Notes: a model not told the origin generated them from the letters alone. 64,000 nucleotides of DNA from an uncultured Actinomycetes bacterium (GCA_963706025.1 CAVPLM010000003.1:448001-512000), one strand, 5' to 3'; positions 30,163-42,566 are shown, numbered from the stretch's first letter. Program-made: numbers and translations.

Positions 30163-30816
30163 ACATTCACGCCCGGAGGCCACTAGGCCCTGGCAGATAC
30201 GCACTCCTTCCGACGCGTCCGTGCTCCACGAGTCGGCTCCACAGTACTGGCATATCCGGCCATCGATGATCGCTCCGCCCAGGACGACCGGAGGGCGATA
30301 GCCGAGTTCCGCCTCGTGAGCCCGTAGGAGCGCCACTGTCCCCTTCATACTCTCGAACGCGACCATTATCAGCCCCGACAGGCAGACCACCTCGGGTCGG
30401 GACCGCATGACCTCCTCAAGGAACCTCTCGGGAGCCACGTCGACACCAAGATCGATGACGTTGAAGCCGGAGCTTCGGAGCGAGGTGCCGAAGAGGTTCT
30501 TTCCGATGTCGTGGATGTCGCCGGCCACAGTCCCAAGAACGATTTTTCCCGACGACTCCCCCGGAGGGGTCAGCTGGTATTGCGGCTGCACCAGGTCGAT
30601 CACTTCTTTGAAGATCTCGCCTGCCATGATGAGGCCTGAGATGTAGTACTCCTGCCGCTCGTATCGCTCCCCGACCACCTTCAGCGCCTGCTGGCAGGTA
30701 TTCAGGATCGACAGCGGCGTCACCCCGCCCTCGGCCAAGAGCTCTCGCGTAAGCTCAAGGGTGCGGCCTTCATCCAACTCGATCAGGGCCGTTCGCAGTT
30801 TCTCGAGGGTCGCCAG
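30118..30816 (-). CDS. Corrinoid (B12-binding) protein
   Basis: Cap domain VGERYERQEYYISGLIMAGE; GDIHDIGKN; DLGVDV; LSGL; start uncertain. Confidence 0.9.
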   Translation of the reverse strand: MATLEKLRTALIELDEGRTLELTRELLAEGGVTPLSILNTCQQALKVVGERYERQEYYISGLIMAGEIFKEVIDLVQPQYQLTPPGESSGKIVLGTVAGDIHDIGKNLFGTSLRSSGFNVIDLGVDVAPERFLEEVMRSRPEVVCLSGLIMVAFESMKGTVALLRAHEAELGYRPPVVLGGAIIDGRICQYCGADSWSTDASEGVRICQGLVASGRECSTLRAGGEVPEESR

Positions 30817-30839
30817 TGGTTCCTACCTCCGTCCCTATC

Positions 30840-31631
30840 CTATTCCGGTCCCAAGCGCGCCCTGAGCCGGAACAGCTCCGCGCGCATGATGAACCAGCCC
30901 CAGCTGACCGGAGTGCGGTCGCTCTGCTGGAAGACATGCTCCAGACGCAACGCCAAGGCCCCCTCGGATTCCCCGAGAGCCTGGGCGCTCTCACCGTCGA
31001 GGTTCACCGCCGTCAGAGTGAGCTCGCCCAACGGGAATCTGTGCGCTCTGCCGGAGTCCAAGAACGCATGGAGAGAAGTCAGCTGCAGTTGGGATTCCAC
31101 AAGCGGGCGGCGCGGGTCGTAGACGATGTACTCCGTGTGGTACATCGCCGGGTTGCCGTCGTAGAGCACCAGGCGCCGCAAGAATATGACGCGTTCACCC
31201 GGCTCCACGCCGAGCATGGCCGCGACTCTCTCGTCCGCCCTGCTCATCGAGGCCGAAAGCAGGCGGATCTCTGCCGATTCGTCCAGCCAATCCCCGGTGA
31301 GCGAGTCCAGCCTGAAGACCGAGTCGCTCAGATCGATAGAACGCGCGAACGTGCCCCGCCCTCGCATGCCGGAAACCAGTCCCTGGTCCTGGAGGATCGT
31401 AAGCGCCCTGCGCACGGTCATCGGACTCACCCTGAACTCGGTGCAGAATTCGGACCCAGAAGGGAGACGGCTGCCCGCGGGATAGACGCCAGAAGTGACC
31501 CGGTCGGCCAGGGTCTCGGCGATCTGAAGGTAAGCGGGCGATCTCGTCTCCTCAACCCGGCCCGGAGGCGAGCCCTCCCGCGAGTCCCGATCTGTCAGCG
31601 CTTGTAGGTTCATCCCGGACGTTCCCAACAC
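30840..31631 (-). CDS. GntR/HutC-family regulator with UTRA domain
   Basis: PAYLQIA..GSRLPS..F.VSPMTVRRAL..GRGTF. Confidence 0.9.
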   Translation of the reverse strand: MLGTSGMNLQALTDRDSREGSPPGRVEETRSPAYLQIAETLADRVTSGVYPAGSRLPSGSEFCTEFRVSPMTVRRALTILQDQGLVSGMRGRGTFARSIDLSDSVFRLDSLTGDWLDESAEIRLLSASMSRADERVAAMLGVEPGERVIFLRRLVLYDGNPAMYHTEYIVYDPRRPLVESQLQLTSLHAFLDSGRAHRFPLGELTLTAVNLDGESAQALGESEGALALRLEHVFQQSDRTPVSWGWFIMRAELFRLRARLGPE

Positions 31632-31740
31632 GCGAAATGGCTTAGCGTCGGATGCCGATCAAGGGACGGATAGATACAGTATTTACGCTCCATACGCCTG
31701 CACAACTCTCTAGCTATTTCCTTGCCAATACCATACCATA

Positions 31741-31752
31741 TTGTCTATACAG
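31741..31752. promoter_or_regulatory. Candidate HutC-type operator
   Basis: TTGTCTATACAG fits GT-n-TA-n-AC in the divergent promoter. Confidence 0.5.
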
Positions 31753-31832
31753 GTGGATTGCATTGCTTCCCACAGTTTAGTAGAATTGGGACGCGATTGG
31801 ACCACGGTGCTTTGTGGACGAAAGGAGCCCAG

Positions 31833-32466
31833 ATGGCCCACGAACTGATCGAAGCCATGGCCAACATGAAGGAGCAAGAAGCCCTTAAGATCGTGGACGA
31901 CATGCTGGCCCAGGGAGAGGACCCCGGCAAGATCTTAGATCTCTCTTCAGAAGCCATGCAGGTGGTGGGGGAACGCTACCAGGAAGGCACCTACTTCCTG
32001 CCCGAGCTCATCATGAGTGGCGAGATGCTCCGTAAGATAGGCGAAGTCTTAAAGCCTCACTTGGCCGCCCGCACCCAGGACTCCAAGAAACTGGGCCGCG
32101 TGGTCTTAGGTACGGTGCGGGGCGACATCCACGACATCGGCAAAGACATCGTGGGCTTCATGCTGGAAGTGAACGGCTTCGAGGTCTATGACTTAGGTAT
32201 CGACCAGCCCGAAGAGAACTTCGTACGAGCCGTGAAAGAACATAGCCCCAGGTCCTGGCCCTCTCCGGTTTCTTAAGTGTGGCCTTTGACTCCATGAAGT
32301 CCACCATCGAAGAGATGGAAAGGCCGGACTGCGTAAAGACCTCAAGGTCATCATCGGCGGGGGGCAGATGGACGACACCGTGCGCCGCTACACCGGGGCC
32401 GATGCCTACGGAGACGACGCCATGGCTGCTGTGGCCTTCGCCAAGGAAGCGGTGGGGGTGGCGTGA
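31833..32466 (+). CDS. Corrinoid protein (MtaC/MttC-like), frameshifts near the 3' end
   Basis: VGERYQEGTYFLPELIMSGE, GTVRGDIHDIGKDIV, IIGGG, GADAYG. Confidence 0.9.
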
Positions 32467-33801
32467 TGGCCGAGAAACCCTGGGCCGATATGACCCCGGA
32501 GGAACGCCGCGGCCTGGAGCATCGAGCGCTGGCAGAACCCGGGCGTCCCCTTTGCCAGCCCGGAAGCCGAAGCCGACTACCAAGCCCGGGTAGGTCGTCT
32601 CCTGGCGGCCATCAACCTGGAGAAGCCCGACCGGGTGCCGGTCAGCCTTCTCGGCGGCTTCTGGCCGGCAGTGTGGGGTGGGATCACCCCCTACGTGGCG
32701 ATGAACGACCCGGCCCGCGCCGCCCAGGCCTGGAAAGACTTCAACCTGGAGTTCCGACTCGACACCCAAGTCAGCCCGGCGTTCGCCGCCGTGTCTGCTC
32801 GGATGCTGGACGACGTGGACTACAGGTCGTATCACTGGCCGGGCCACGGGGTGGCCAAAGAAGCGAGCTTCCAATACAACGAGAAAGAGTGGATGCTCCC
32901 CGAGGAGTACGACCACCTCATCTCCGACCCCACCGATTTCATGCTCCGCACCTATCTGCCCCGAACGGTGGGGGCCTTCGCCGGGTTCGGCGGTCTCTCC
33001 TCTTTCTTCGATTTCATCGAGATGCCGTTCTCGTCCTTCCACCTGGGCGGATGGGGTTCCCCGGAGATGACGGAGGGACTGCGCAGGTTGACGGCGGCGT
33101 CCGAGGCGGCCGGCGAATGGGCACAGAACATATTCGGTATGGTAGGCGAACTGATGATGGCCGGCTTCCCCGGCTATTTCGCGGGCGGGTCCAAGGCTCC
33201 CTTCGACATGCTGGGTGACACCCTACGCGGCACCAGGGGAGTCATCATGGACATGTTCCGGTTCCCGGAGAAGGTGCTGGCCGCTTGCGAGCGGCTGGTG
33301 CCGGTGGCCATCGACTGGGCTCTCAAGCGTCCTGGAGTATTGGGCACACCCGTTATCTTCCTGCCTCTGCACAAAGGCGCCGACGGCTTCATGAGCGACG
33401 AGCAGTTCCGCACCTTCTACTGGCCCACTCTGCGGGCGGTCATCCTGGGCCTCATCGAAGAAGGCGTCATACCGGTCATGTTCGCCGAGGGGGGCTACAA
33501 CACAAGGCTCGAGGCCATCATGGACCTGCCCAAGGGCAAGACGATCTGGATCTTCGATCAGACCGACATGGCTCGAGCGAAGCAGACCATCGGCACAGTG
33601 GCCTGCATCCAGGGCAACGTCCCCCTGTCGATGATGTACGCCGGGACGCCTGAAGAGACGGCTGCATACTGCCGCAACCTTATCGACACGGCCGGCCAGG
33701 GTGGCGGATTCATCCTGGATACCGGGGCGGTCGCAGACTCGGGCAACGTGGAGAACCTGCGCGCGATGATCAAGACGGCTGAGGAATACGGGAAGTATTA
33801 A
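32463..33801 (+). CDS. URO-D family protein (MtaA/CmuA-like methylcobamide methyltransferase), frameshift near 5' end
   Basis: PDRVPV, APFDMLGDTLRG, PLHKG..FMSDEQF.TFYWP, GNVP, GGGFIL. Confidence 0.85.
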
Positions 33802-33917
33802 GGGGGGATACCAAAGGTAGTCAGAGTCTGTAGGGGTTGGGAGCGTCCGTGGGAGGTGATTGCTTGGCAAGGTTGGAAAGCGAGCAGTTGAACGTTAAAA
33901 CGTGACAGGGGGTTCAC

Positions 33918-35250
33918 ATGAAGCTGAGAAGTCGTTATCTCAAGTTGTGCGTTGTTCTCATGATCTTGGCATCGATCGCTATTCTGGCTGCCGCGTGTGG
34001 AGACGAAGAGGAGACCACCACCACGGCAGGGGGAACTGATACCACCGCGACTACTGCACCGCCCGCGACCGAGACCACCGCGACCACCGCGGCGCAACAG
34101 CCGCCGGAGGCAGACGTGATCAAGATCGGCGCGGCTCGTCCGGTCTCCGGCGCGCTTGCCTTCTTCGAGGCAAACGCCTTCGGCCCCGTCGCTAAGATGT
34201 GGGTGGACGAGATCAATGCTGCCGGCGGCATCAATGTGGCTGGCAAGATGATGCCGGTCGAGTACACGGTCTATGACGACCAGAGCAACCTTGACACGAG
34301 CATGCGCCTCCTCGAGAAGCTCATGGTCGAGGACAAGGTGGACTTCGTCTTCGCGCCCAACAGCACCGCCTTCTTGTTCGCGGCTGCGGGCGTGGCTAAC
34401 GCCACGACAAGCTCCTGATAAGCAGCCGAAGGCGGCGCCACCAGCCTGGAGCAAGAGATCGATGGCACTGCCCTTGTTCTTCCAGGTCCTGAGCTACTCC
34501 AACCACTACCAGATACCAGCGCTGGCTGAGATCATGAAGGAAGTTGGCGTCAAAAGCGCCTCCATCCTCTACATCGATGACCTGCACGGCATCGAGTACT
34601 CCGATGTAGCGGAGACGGAACTGCCCAAGGTAGGCATCGAGATCCTGAGTAAGACCGCGATCCCGGCGGACATCAAGGACATGTCGACCATCATCAAGCA
34701 GATCGAAGGGGAGAACCCCGACGCGCTGCTGTGCTTCGCCTACCCGGATCAGAACTTCCTGCTGCATGGCCAGCTGATGCAGCTCAACTACAATCCCAAG
34801 ATGCTCCTGCTGGGCCCGGGTGGCAACTTCCAGTTCTACTATGGCGCCTTCGGTCCCACGACTGAAGGGGTCCTCGGCGAGGGCGCGTGGAACGCGAAGA
34901 GCTCGCCGGCCGCCAAGGAGTTCACCGACAAGCTCATCGCGTACATGGGCGCGCCGGACAACGTCGACTGGTGGGGCCATCTGATCTATCGGGCCGAACT
35001 GCAGTTCCTGCAGCAGGCCATCGAAAAGGCCGCTACCCTCGATAACAAAGTGGTCGCCGAGGTCATGAGGACCAATCACTTCGAGACTATACTGGGCGAC
35101 ACCTTCTTCACCAACCAGTTCCTGGACCAGTCCTGCTATCCTGGCCAGATCGGCCAGTGGCAGAACGGCGTCTTCGAGGTCATCGACGTGGGCGCGAAGC
35201 GCACGGCGCCTCCTATCTATCCCAAACCGGCTTGGCCGGCTGCCCACTGA
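33918..35250 (+). CDS. Branched-chain-type ABC substrate-binding lipoprotein (frameshifts near 34410-34460)
   Basis: AAAC lipobox, Thr-rich tether, EINAAGGI, YDDQS, GQWQNG. Confidence 0.85.
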
Positions 35251-35383
35251 GACCACCACGGCTCCGTGATCGAGTGGATGTAAGTGTGATGTAAGACAGC
35301 AGGCTTTCCCGGGGGCGCGCGGTTTCACGCGCCCCCCCGGTAGGCCTGCCGTCGTAGGTCGCAGTCGCAAAAAAGGATCTTGG

Positions 35384-36253
35384 ATGGAAGTAATCAGGGA
35401 CATCATCATCACCGGGCTGCTGCTCGGCGGCATCTACGCCCTGGTATCCGTGGGGCTGAGCCTCCAGTACGGGGTGGCCCGCGTCCTCAACGTCGCCCAC
35501 GGCGAGTTCATAATGGTCGGGGCGTTCATCACCTTCTGGCTGCTTGGGCAGCTGTGAACCTGAACCCGCTCGTGTCCATGGTGATCACGGGTCCCCTTGT
35601 CTTCGTCATCGGTTGGCTCCTGCACGAGACCATGTTCCGCCGTCTCATGGACACCTCCCCCAGCCTTGACGTCTTCGAGGGGAAGTCGATGCTGGCCTCG
35701 TTCGGGCTGCTGTACATCGTGCAGAACATCGGCCGGATCATCTGGGGCTCCAGCACAGAGGCGTCATACCTTCTTGAACACCACCATCACCGGCGGCGCA
35801 GGATCCCGTCAACCGCCTGGTGGCCTGGGGTTCGTCATCGTCGATAGGCGATGGCCTTCTACTTCTTCCTGGCCCGCACTCGCATGGGCAAGGCCATCCG
35901 GTCCTCGGCCCAGGACCCGACCACGGCCGGGCTGATGGGCGTGAACATCCACAGCGTGCTGGCCGTCTGCTTCGGGCTCGGCTCTGGGCATGGCCGGCAT
36001 CGCCGGCAGCCTGCTCAGCATCGTCTACCCGATCTCGACCAGCATGGGACTTGAGTACACCGTCATCGCCATGATCGTGGTGGTGCTGGGCGGCCTGGGC
36101 AGCATCACCGGGCGCCATGATCGGCGGCGTGATCTTGGGATTCGTGTCGCAGGTCGTCACGTACTTCCAGCCGACCCTGCACGTTGATCGCCTACTACGT
36201 CATCTTCATCTTGCTGCTCCTGGTCAAGGCCCAAAGGGATCATGGGTAAGTAG
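35384..36253 (+). CDS. livH: Branched-chain ABC permease, LivH-like (multiple indels)
   Basis: GGIYALVSVGLSLQYGVARVLNVAHGEF; TRMGKAIRS.AQD; VVLGGLGS. Confidence 0.8.
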
Positions 36254-36255
36254 GC

Positions 36256-37204
36256 ATGAATACGACTCGATCTATCAAGAACACCGAATGGCATCATGCT
36301 GGCGCTGCTGGTAGTCGTCTTCGTGGTGCTCGCGCTGCTGCCCACGATGACAGCCAGGGCTACATGCGTGACCCTGCTCACCGACATCCTGAAGTTACGT
36401 CATACTGACCGTGGCGCTGGGTGATCTTCTCGGGGCCCACCGGCTACATGTCCCTGGCGACGGCCGCTTTCTACGGGCTCGGCTTCTACGTCGCCGCAAT
36501 GTTCAACGGCACCGTGCCCTTCGCGCTGGTGATCATCATCGCCGGGGTAGTGGCCTTTGTTGTGGCCCTGGGAGTCGGCGCACTCACATTGAGACTGAGA
36601 GGCGTCTACTTCGCTATCTTCACCTTCGCGCTTGTGTTGCTTGTCCAACAGTGTCGTCCTCGAGGTGGAGCGCGTGGTGACCGGGACGCGCGGCCGTTTC
36701 GTGGAGACCGAGACCACCGAGATCGCCTACTACGCCATGTTCATCGTCGCGATATTGACGTTGCTTGTCGGCGTTTCTGATCCGGCGCTCCCGTTACGGG
36801 CTTGCGCTGCAGAGCATCGGCGAATACGAGGAGGCCGCGGCGCACAGTGGGATCAACGTGGTCCGGACCAAGGTGATCACCTTCGCCGTGAGCGCCGTAT
36901 TCATGGGGATGGCCGGAGCCATCATCGCCACGCGGCGGACCTACATCGACCCAGGCATCGCCTTCAACCTGAATCACTCCTTCCTGCCGGTGCTGATGGC
37001 GATGTTCGGCGGCATGGCGCAATCTGGTCGGCCCGGTGATCGGCGCCGCCCTTTTCACGTACATCGGGGAGTTCTTGCTCACCCGGTTCCCGGATCTGTA
37101 CATGCTCATCTTCGGCGTGGTGCTGATCCTGGCCATCTGTTCATGCCGAACGGCATACTGGGGCTGGTCCAGCAAGCTCTGGCGCAAGATCAGAGGAGGT
37201 CGAC

Positions 37205-37218
<14 letters not shown>
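36256..37218 (+). CDS. livM: Branched-chain ABC permease, LivM-like (multiple indels)
   Basis: SGPTGYMSLA.AAFYG, LRLRGVYFAIFT, SRYGLALQSIGE.EEAA. Confidence 0.8.
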
Positions 37219-37930
<712 letters not shown>

Positions 37931-37944
<14 letters not shown>

Positions 37945-38718
37945 AGGTCTCAGCGCGGGATACGGTAGGGTGCAGGTCCTCTGGGACCTCTCTCTCAAGG
38001 TGGGCGAAGGGGAGTTCGTCGCCCTGGTCGGGGCCAACGGAGCCGGGAAGACGACTCTGCTGAAGACCATCTCCGGCGTGATGAGGCCTTGGTCCGGCAG
38101 CGTCACGTTCCTCGACAAGCAGGATCGACACGGCTCACCGCCAACGACATCGTCGACCTGGGGCTTTCGCACATCCCCGAGAGCCGCAAGCTCTTCACCG
38201 ACATGTCCATCAGGGAGAACCTGGAGATGGGCGCCTATCCTCGGCGTTCCTGGAAAGAACGCCGGGAGACGATGAAATGGGTCTTCGAGCTCTTTCCCCG
38301 TCTCGAGGAGCGAGCCGAGCCAGCTGGCGCGGACACTGAGCGGCGGCGAGCAGCAGATGCTGGCCATGGGGCGGGGTCTGATGTCCCGGCCCAAGATGGT
38401 GCCTCGTCGACGAGCCGTCCAACGGTTTGGCGCCACGTGGTCGTCACGGAGGTGTTCGAGATCCTCAAGTCGCTGCACGCCGAGGGAATCACCATCCTTC
38501 TTGTGGAGCAGAACGTGCGCCAGACGCTCAACGTCGCCGACCGGGCCTACGTGCTGGAGAACGGCCATCTCGCCCTGGAAGGCGCCTGCTCGCTCCTCCA
38601 GGAGAGCGACCACGTCAAGAAAGCTTACTCGCGTTGTAAGCAGTCTTCCAGCTTTGACGGGAGATGGGCTTCTCTGGGGCGCGCTCCGACTAAGGAGCGC
38701 GCCCCAGTCTCTGTTTGA
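37931..38718 (+). CDS. livF: ABC ATP-binding protein, LivF-like (multiple indels)
   Basis: GANGAGKTT, ENLEMGAY, LSGGEQQMLA, VEQNV..ADRAYVLENG; end uncertain. Confidence 0.82.
38674..38707. terminator. Stem-loop between convergent genes
   Basis: ctggggcgcgctcc-n6-ggagcgcgccccag. Confidence 0.65.
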
Positions 38719-38805
38719 TAGCGGTCTGATGCGGTTGGCATCGAGGGTGTGAACCGGGGAACGTTTCGTGCCGGGCTGCGAGGGGCGCCCAAGAGGCAAG
38801 GCAAC

Positions 38806-39453
38806 TCAACCGGCCTCCGCCTGGCCGCGTGCGTCCGTTCGCGATGTGTCATCGATCTTCTCGATCATCTCTTCGACAGTGAGTACCCGGGCGAACAGGA
38901 AACCTAGCGTCGCCAGGGATGCCCGCTGCAACTCGGCTGCCGACAGCTCCCCTATAGCCGCCGTTGCCGTGCCGTCACTGAGAAAGAAGACGCGAAACTC
39001 TCTCTGCATCGCCTCGCGCGCAGTGGTCTCACAGCAGAGGTTAGTGGCTATACCGCCGATGATGAGGGTGTCGATGCCGTGTGAGCGCAGGATCTGCTCG
39101 AGGTTGGTACCGAAGAAAGCGCCGAATCGGGGCTTATCCAGGATGATGTCTTCACTCCTCGACAACAAGCCCGCTGTCAAGCTGCGCGGACGGGGCATCT
39201 TCATTGAGAATGCCGGCTCGAGCGGGAGGAGAGGTCTCGCCGAGGACTCCCAGGTTGGAGCCGTCTGGCCGCAGAACAAATCGAGTATGGATGACTGTGA
39301 TGCCGGCATAGCGACAGGCGACGCCGAGTCGGTTGAGTCGCTCCATTACAGCGGGTCCATCGGAGCAGAGATGGGTGAGTCCCGGACGAAGCACTCCTGT
39401 AGATCTATGTTGATGAGGGCGGTCCGCTGGGGGACCACACTGAAGTCCACCAT
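38806..39453 (-). CDS. Isochorismatase-family cysteine hydrolase (frameshifts)
   Basis: TALINIDLQ, KPRFGAF, GIATNLCCETTAR. Confidence 0.87.
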
Positions 39454-39726
39454 GAGAAGACCTCTGGCTCAGCTCTTGGCCCAGTCACGTCCCTATTGTT
39501 CGTTTGCCGAAAATGAGCGAGCGGGTGCCCGACGGAAACCAGTGTATCCATCCTCCCTGGGAATGACGAACGAGTCAAGCGACCTGGCTCCCCGATATCC
39601 TGTCAGGGAGGGAGGAAGCCATAGAACTCAGAGCGAGTTCCCACATGTGAACCGAATGTGGCCGCGTAGATTGACGGTCCGCCGTGAGGGGATAGGATGT
39701 ACGCGTACACACTAGGAGGCCCTGTC

Positions 39727-39963
39727 ATGACTCTCACCAAGGTCTTCAGGAACGGCAACTCCCAGGTTGTGCGCATCCCGGCCGAGCTGGCCTACGAGCG
39801 GTCGGATCTGGAGGTCGAGATCGAGCGCATCGGTGACGAACTGCGCATTCGTCCCGCTCGCCGTCCTCTCGATCAGGCCCTAGCGAAGTTCGCTCGATTC
39901 TCGAACGACTTCATGGACGTCGGGCGGGGGACCAATATCGAGTCTGAGCGAGACGCTCTATGA
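39727..39963 (+). CDS. vapB: VapB/AbrB-type antitoxin
   Basis: TKVFRNGNSQVVRIP; upstream TTGACG..TAGGAT and TGTACGCGTACA palindrome. Confidence 0.88.
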   Translation: MTLTKVFRNGNSQVVRIPAELAYERSDLEVEIERIGDELRIRPARRPLDQALAKFARFSNDFMDVGRGTNIESERDAL

Positions 39964-40373
39964 AGCCGCGGTACATGCTCGATACCAACATGTGAATCTA
40001 CCTTCTGAAGCACCAACCGGCGGAGGTGGCGGCGTGCTTCGTCCGTAGTTCCGTGGGCGAAGTCGTGATCTCCGCGATCACCTTGGCTGAGCTCGAGTAC
40101 GGCGTCGTCTGCTCTGGTGATTGCGAGGGCCAGAATCGGAGGGCGCTCGACCTTTTGCTGGAAGACATCCCTCCTGAGCCCTTCGACTCCGCGGCGGCGC
40201 GGGCGTACGGCCCGATCCGGCGGGCTACCCGCCAGAAGAAGAGGGATGCACTGGACAAGCTGATCGCCGCCCATGCCGTCGCGCTTGACGTGACGCTCGT
40301 CACCAACAACGAGACCGATTTCGCCGGCTATCCGGGCTTGCGGGTGGAGAACTGGGTGGCCGGCAGCTCCTGA
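39960..40373 (+). pseudogene. vapC: VapC PIN toxin with in-frame TGA at codon 12
   Basis: YMLDTNM*IYLLK..ISAITLAELEYG..DKLIAAHA..LVTNN..F..GLRVENW. Confidence 0.85.
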
Positions 40374-40394
40374 TTCGTCTCCCCTGAGTACGGG

Positions 40395-42566
40395 TCAGGC
40401 CGGCTTGGCCCCGAAGGCCAGTCCCCTGGCGGCTGCCACCCAATCGCGCACCGAGTGGAACACCGGGACCCCCTGGGACTCGATCTCGGCAGACATCCGC
40501 AAGGTGAACGCGCCGCCGGTGGCCGCTCCCAGGATCGGTTTGCGTGCCGCCCGGTTCAGGCGGCCGAGCTTCTCCGGGATATCCTCGCCCAGCGGCGCAT
40601 CCTGGAACACCATCCAGGGCATGACGATATCCACCCCCGGATCGTCCAAGAGTGCCTGTATTCCGATCTCGTAGTCCGTGCTGGTGCCGGAGCCGGTGAC
40701 GTCCAGCGGATTCTGCACGAGGTAGAAGGAGGGGTAGACTTCGGTGAGGCGGTCGATGGTCGCGGGTGCGAGCGTCGCCAGTTCCAGGCCGGCCGTTCCG
40801 AGGATATCGAGAGCTTGGACGGTCGTCCCGATACCGTTCCCGATCATGGCCACCCGATTTCCTCCGGCTCGGGGCTGAAGAGCCAGGGCCTTGCTGACCG
40901 CCACCAGTTCCTCATAGCTGTCCACCGCTATCAGCCCGGCCTGGCGAAAGGCGCCTTCGACCACTTTGTAGGAACCGGCGAAGAAGCCTGTGTGGGTGAG
41001 CGCCGCCCGAGCGGCCGACGGCGTCCTACCCGCTTTGAAGATCACCACCGGCTTGCGTTCCGTCACGCGTCGGGCGGCGTCCAGGAAACCGCGCCCATTT
41101 TCGAAACCCTCCAGGTAGAGGGCGATCACGCCGGTGTCGGGATCGTCTGCCAGGAAGGTCAGCAGGTCGGCTTCGTCGACGTCGACCCGGTTGCCATAAC
41201 TAACGAATTTGCTCATGCCGAAGGAGACTGCGTCTTCCAGGAAGGCGATACCCACCGTGCCCGATTGACTGAGCATGGCCACCGGCCCGGCAGGGGGACG
41301 GGTCATACGCTTCTGGGGCTGGAAGAAGGTGTCCAGCCGCGTGGTCCCGTCGAACACCCCGATGCAGTTGGGGCCGACGACACGCACGCCCAGCGCGCGG
41401 GCCAAGCGGCGGATCTCGGCCTCCAGAGCGGCTCTATCCCCGCCCAGCTCCTTGCCGCCCCCGGATACGACAACCAGGTTGTGGATGTTCCGGTCGGCAC
41501 ACTCCCGGATGAGTTCGGGGACTGCCGCTAAGTCGATGGTGCACACGACCAGCTCGACGGGTCTGGGGATGGCGCTCAGGGTGGGATAGGTGTCGAGGCC
41601 CAGGAGCGACGTTTTGGTAGGGTTCACAGGAAAGACCTCTCCCGGATACTCGTGCTTGGCCAGGCTGTCGAGGACCGCATGGCCGATCTTGCCCGGCGTC
41701 GCCGAGGCTCCCACCAGGGCGACCGAACGGGCGTTGAAGAAAGTGGCGAGGTGGGAGGTGTCCACGGGGCGGGCTGCCGCGCCGGTCGTCGGTGCGCCGA
41801 CCGCGACAGCGCCCTCCGCGCCTGGGGTGGCGCCCATGGCGGCGCCTATGGCCCGTCGGGCGGGAGTCTTGGCATCAAGGGCGCCGACGGGCAGCTGGTC
41901 GCGCGTCACCACCTTGTGGTCCAGCACCCGATGCTCCGCTTCCCAGACCGCGACGGGATTGAGATCCACCGATTCAAGGCGTTCGCCGAGATCGAGGCCG
42001 AAGCGGGCGGCGTTGAGGAGAAGGTCCACGAGCAGGTCGGGCGAGACAGGCGCCTGCCCCCGATAGCCCTGCAGGATGCGCGCTCCCCGGGTCTCGGTCA
42101 CCATCTGCCGGGCGTCGCCGCGGCTGATGGGCAGCACTCGGAAGCTGACATCATCCAGCAGTTCGGTGAATATGCCCCCCAGCCCGAACATGATGACCGG
42201 CCCGAACTGAGCGTCCTGCTTGAGGCCGATGATGATCTCGAACCCTCGGGGGACCATCTCCTCAACGCGCACCCCCTCGAGGCGCGCCTCGGGCGCCTTC
42301 TCCTGAGCGGCCGCCATCATGCGAGAGAAGGCGGCACGCACGGCTTCCTCGGAATCGAGGCCCAGCCGGACACCGCCGACGTCGGTCTTGTGAAGGATGT
42401 CCGGCGATGAGATCTTGAGGGCGACCGGATAGCCGATTTGCGCAGCGAGGGTCGCGGCCTCGTCCGCGTCGCGGGCGAGGCCGCCTCGCGGCTGGACGAA
42501 GCCGTACTCGGAGAGTGAGGGCACGCTCATGAGCTGAAGCGCGGCGAGAGGTTTCTCACGAATCAC
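40395..42566 (-). CDS. NDP-forming acyl-CoA synthetase, ATP-grasp domain N-terminal
   Basis: GYPVALKI..HKTDVGGV, FGPVIMFGLGG; then VALVGAS, GPNCIG, SQSG, THTG, NPLD. Confidence 0.9.
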   Translation of the reverse strand: MIREKPLAALQLMSVPSLSEYGFVQPRGGLARDADEAATLAAQIGYPVALKISSPDILHKTDVGGVRLGLDSEEAVRAAFSRMMAAAQEKAPEARLEGVRVEEMVPRGFEIIIGLKQDAQFGPVIMFGLGGIFTELLDDVSFRVLPISRGDARQMVTETRGARILQGYRGQAPVSPDLLVDLLLNAARFGLDLGERLESVDLNPVAVWEAEHRVLDHKVVTRDQLPVGALDAKTPARRAIGAAMGATPGAEGAVAVGAPTTGAAARPVDTSHLATFFNARSVALVGASATPGKIGHAVLDSLAKHEYPGEVFPVNPTKTSLLGLDTYPTLSAIPRPVELVVCTIDLAAVPELIRECADRNIHNLVVVSGGGKELGGDRAALEAEIRRLARALGVRVVGPNCIGVFDGTTRLDTFFQPQKRMTRPPAGPVAMLSQSGTVGIAFLEDAVSFGMSKFVSYGNRVDVDEADLLTFLADDPDTGVIALYLEGFENGRGFLDAARRVTERKPVVIFKAGRTPSAARAALTHTGFFAGSYKVVEGAFRQAGLIAVDSYEELVAVSKALALQPRAGGNRVAMIGNGIGTTVQALDILGTAGLELATLAPATIDRLTEVYPSFYLVQNPLDVTGSGTSTDYEIGIQALLDDPGVDIVMPWMVFQDAPLGEDIPEKLGRLNRAARKPILGAATGGAFTLRMSAEIESQGVPVFHSVRDWVAAARGLAFGAKPA

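Noticed and set aside
31632-31832. Cobalamin riboswitch upstream of the corrinoid genes
   Set aside because: No B12-box or conserved core recognised by eye; an Rfam scan would be needed
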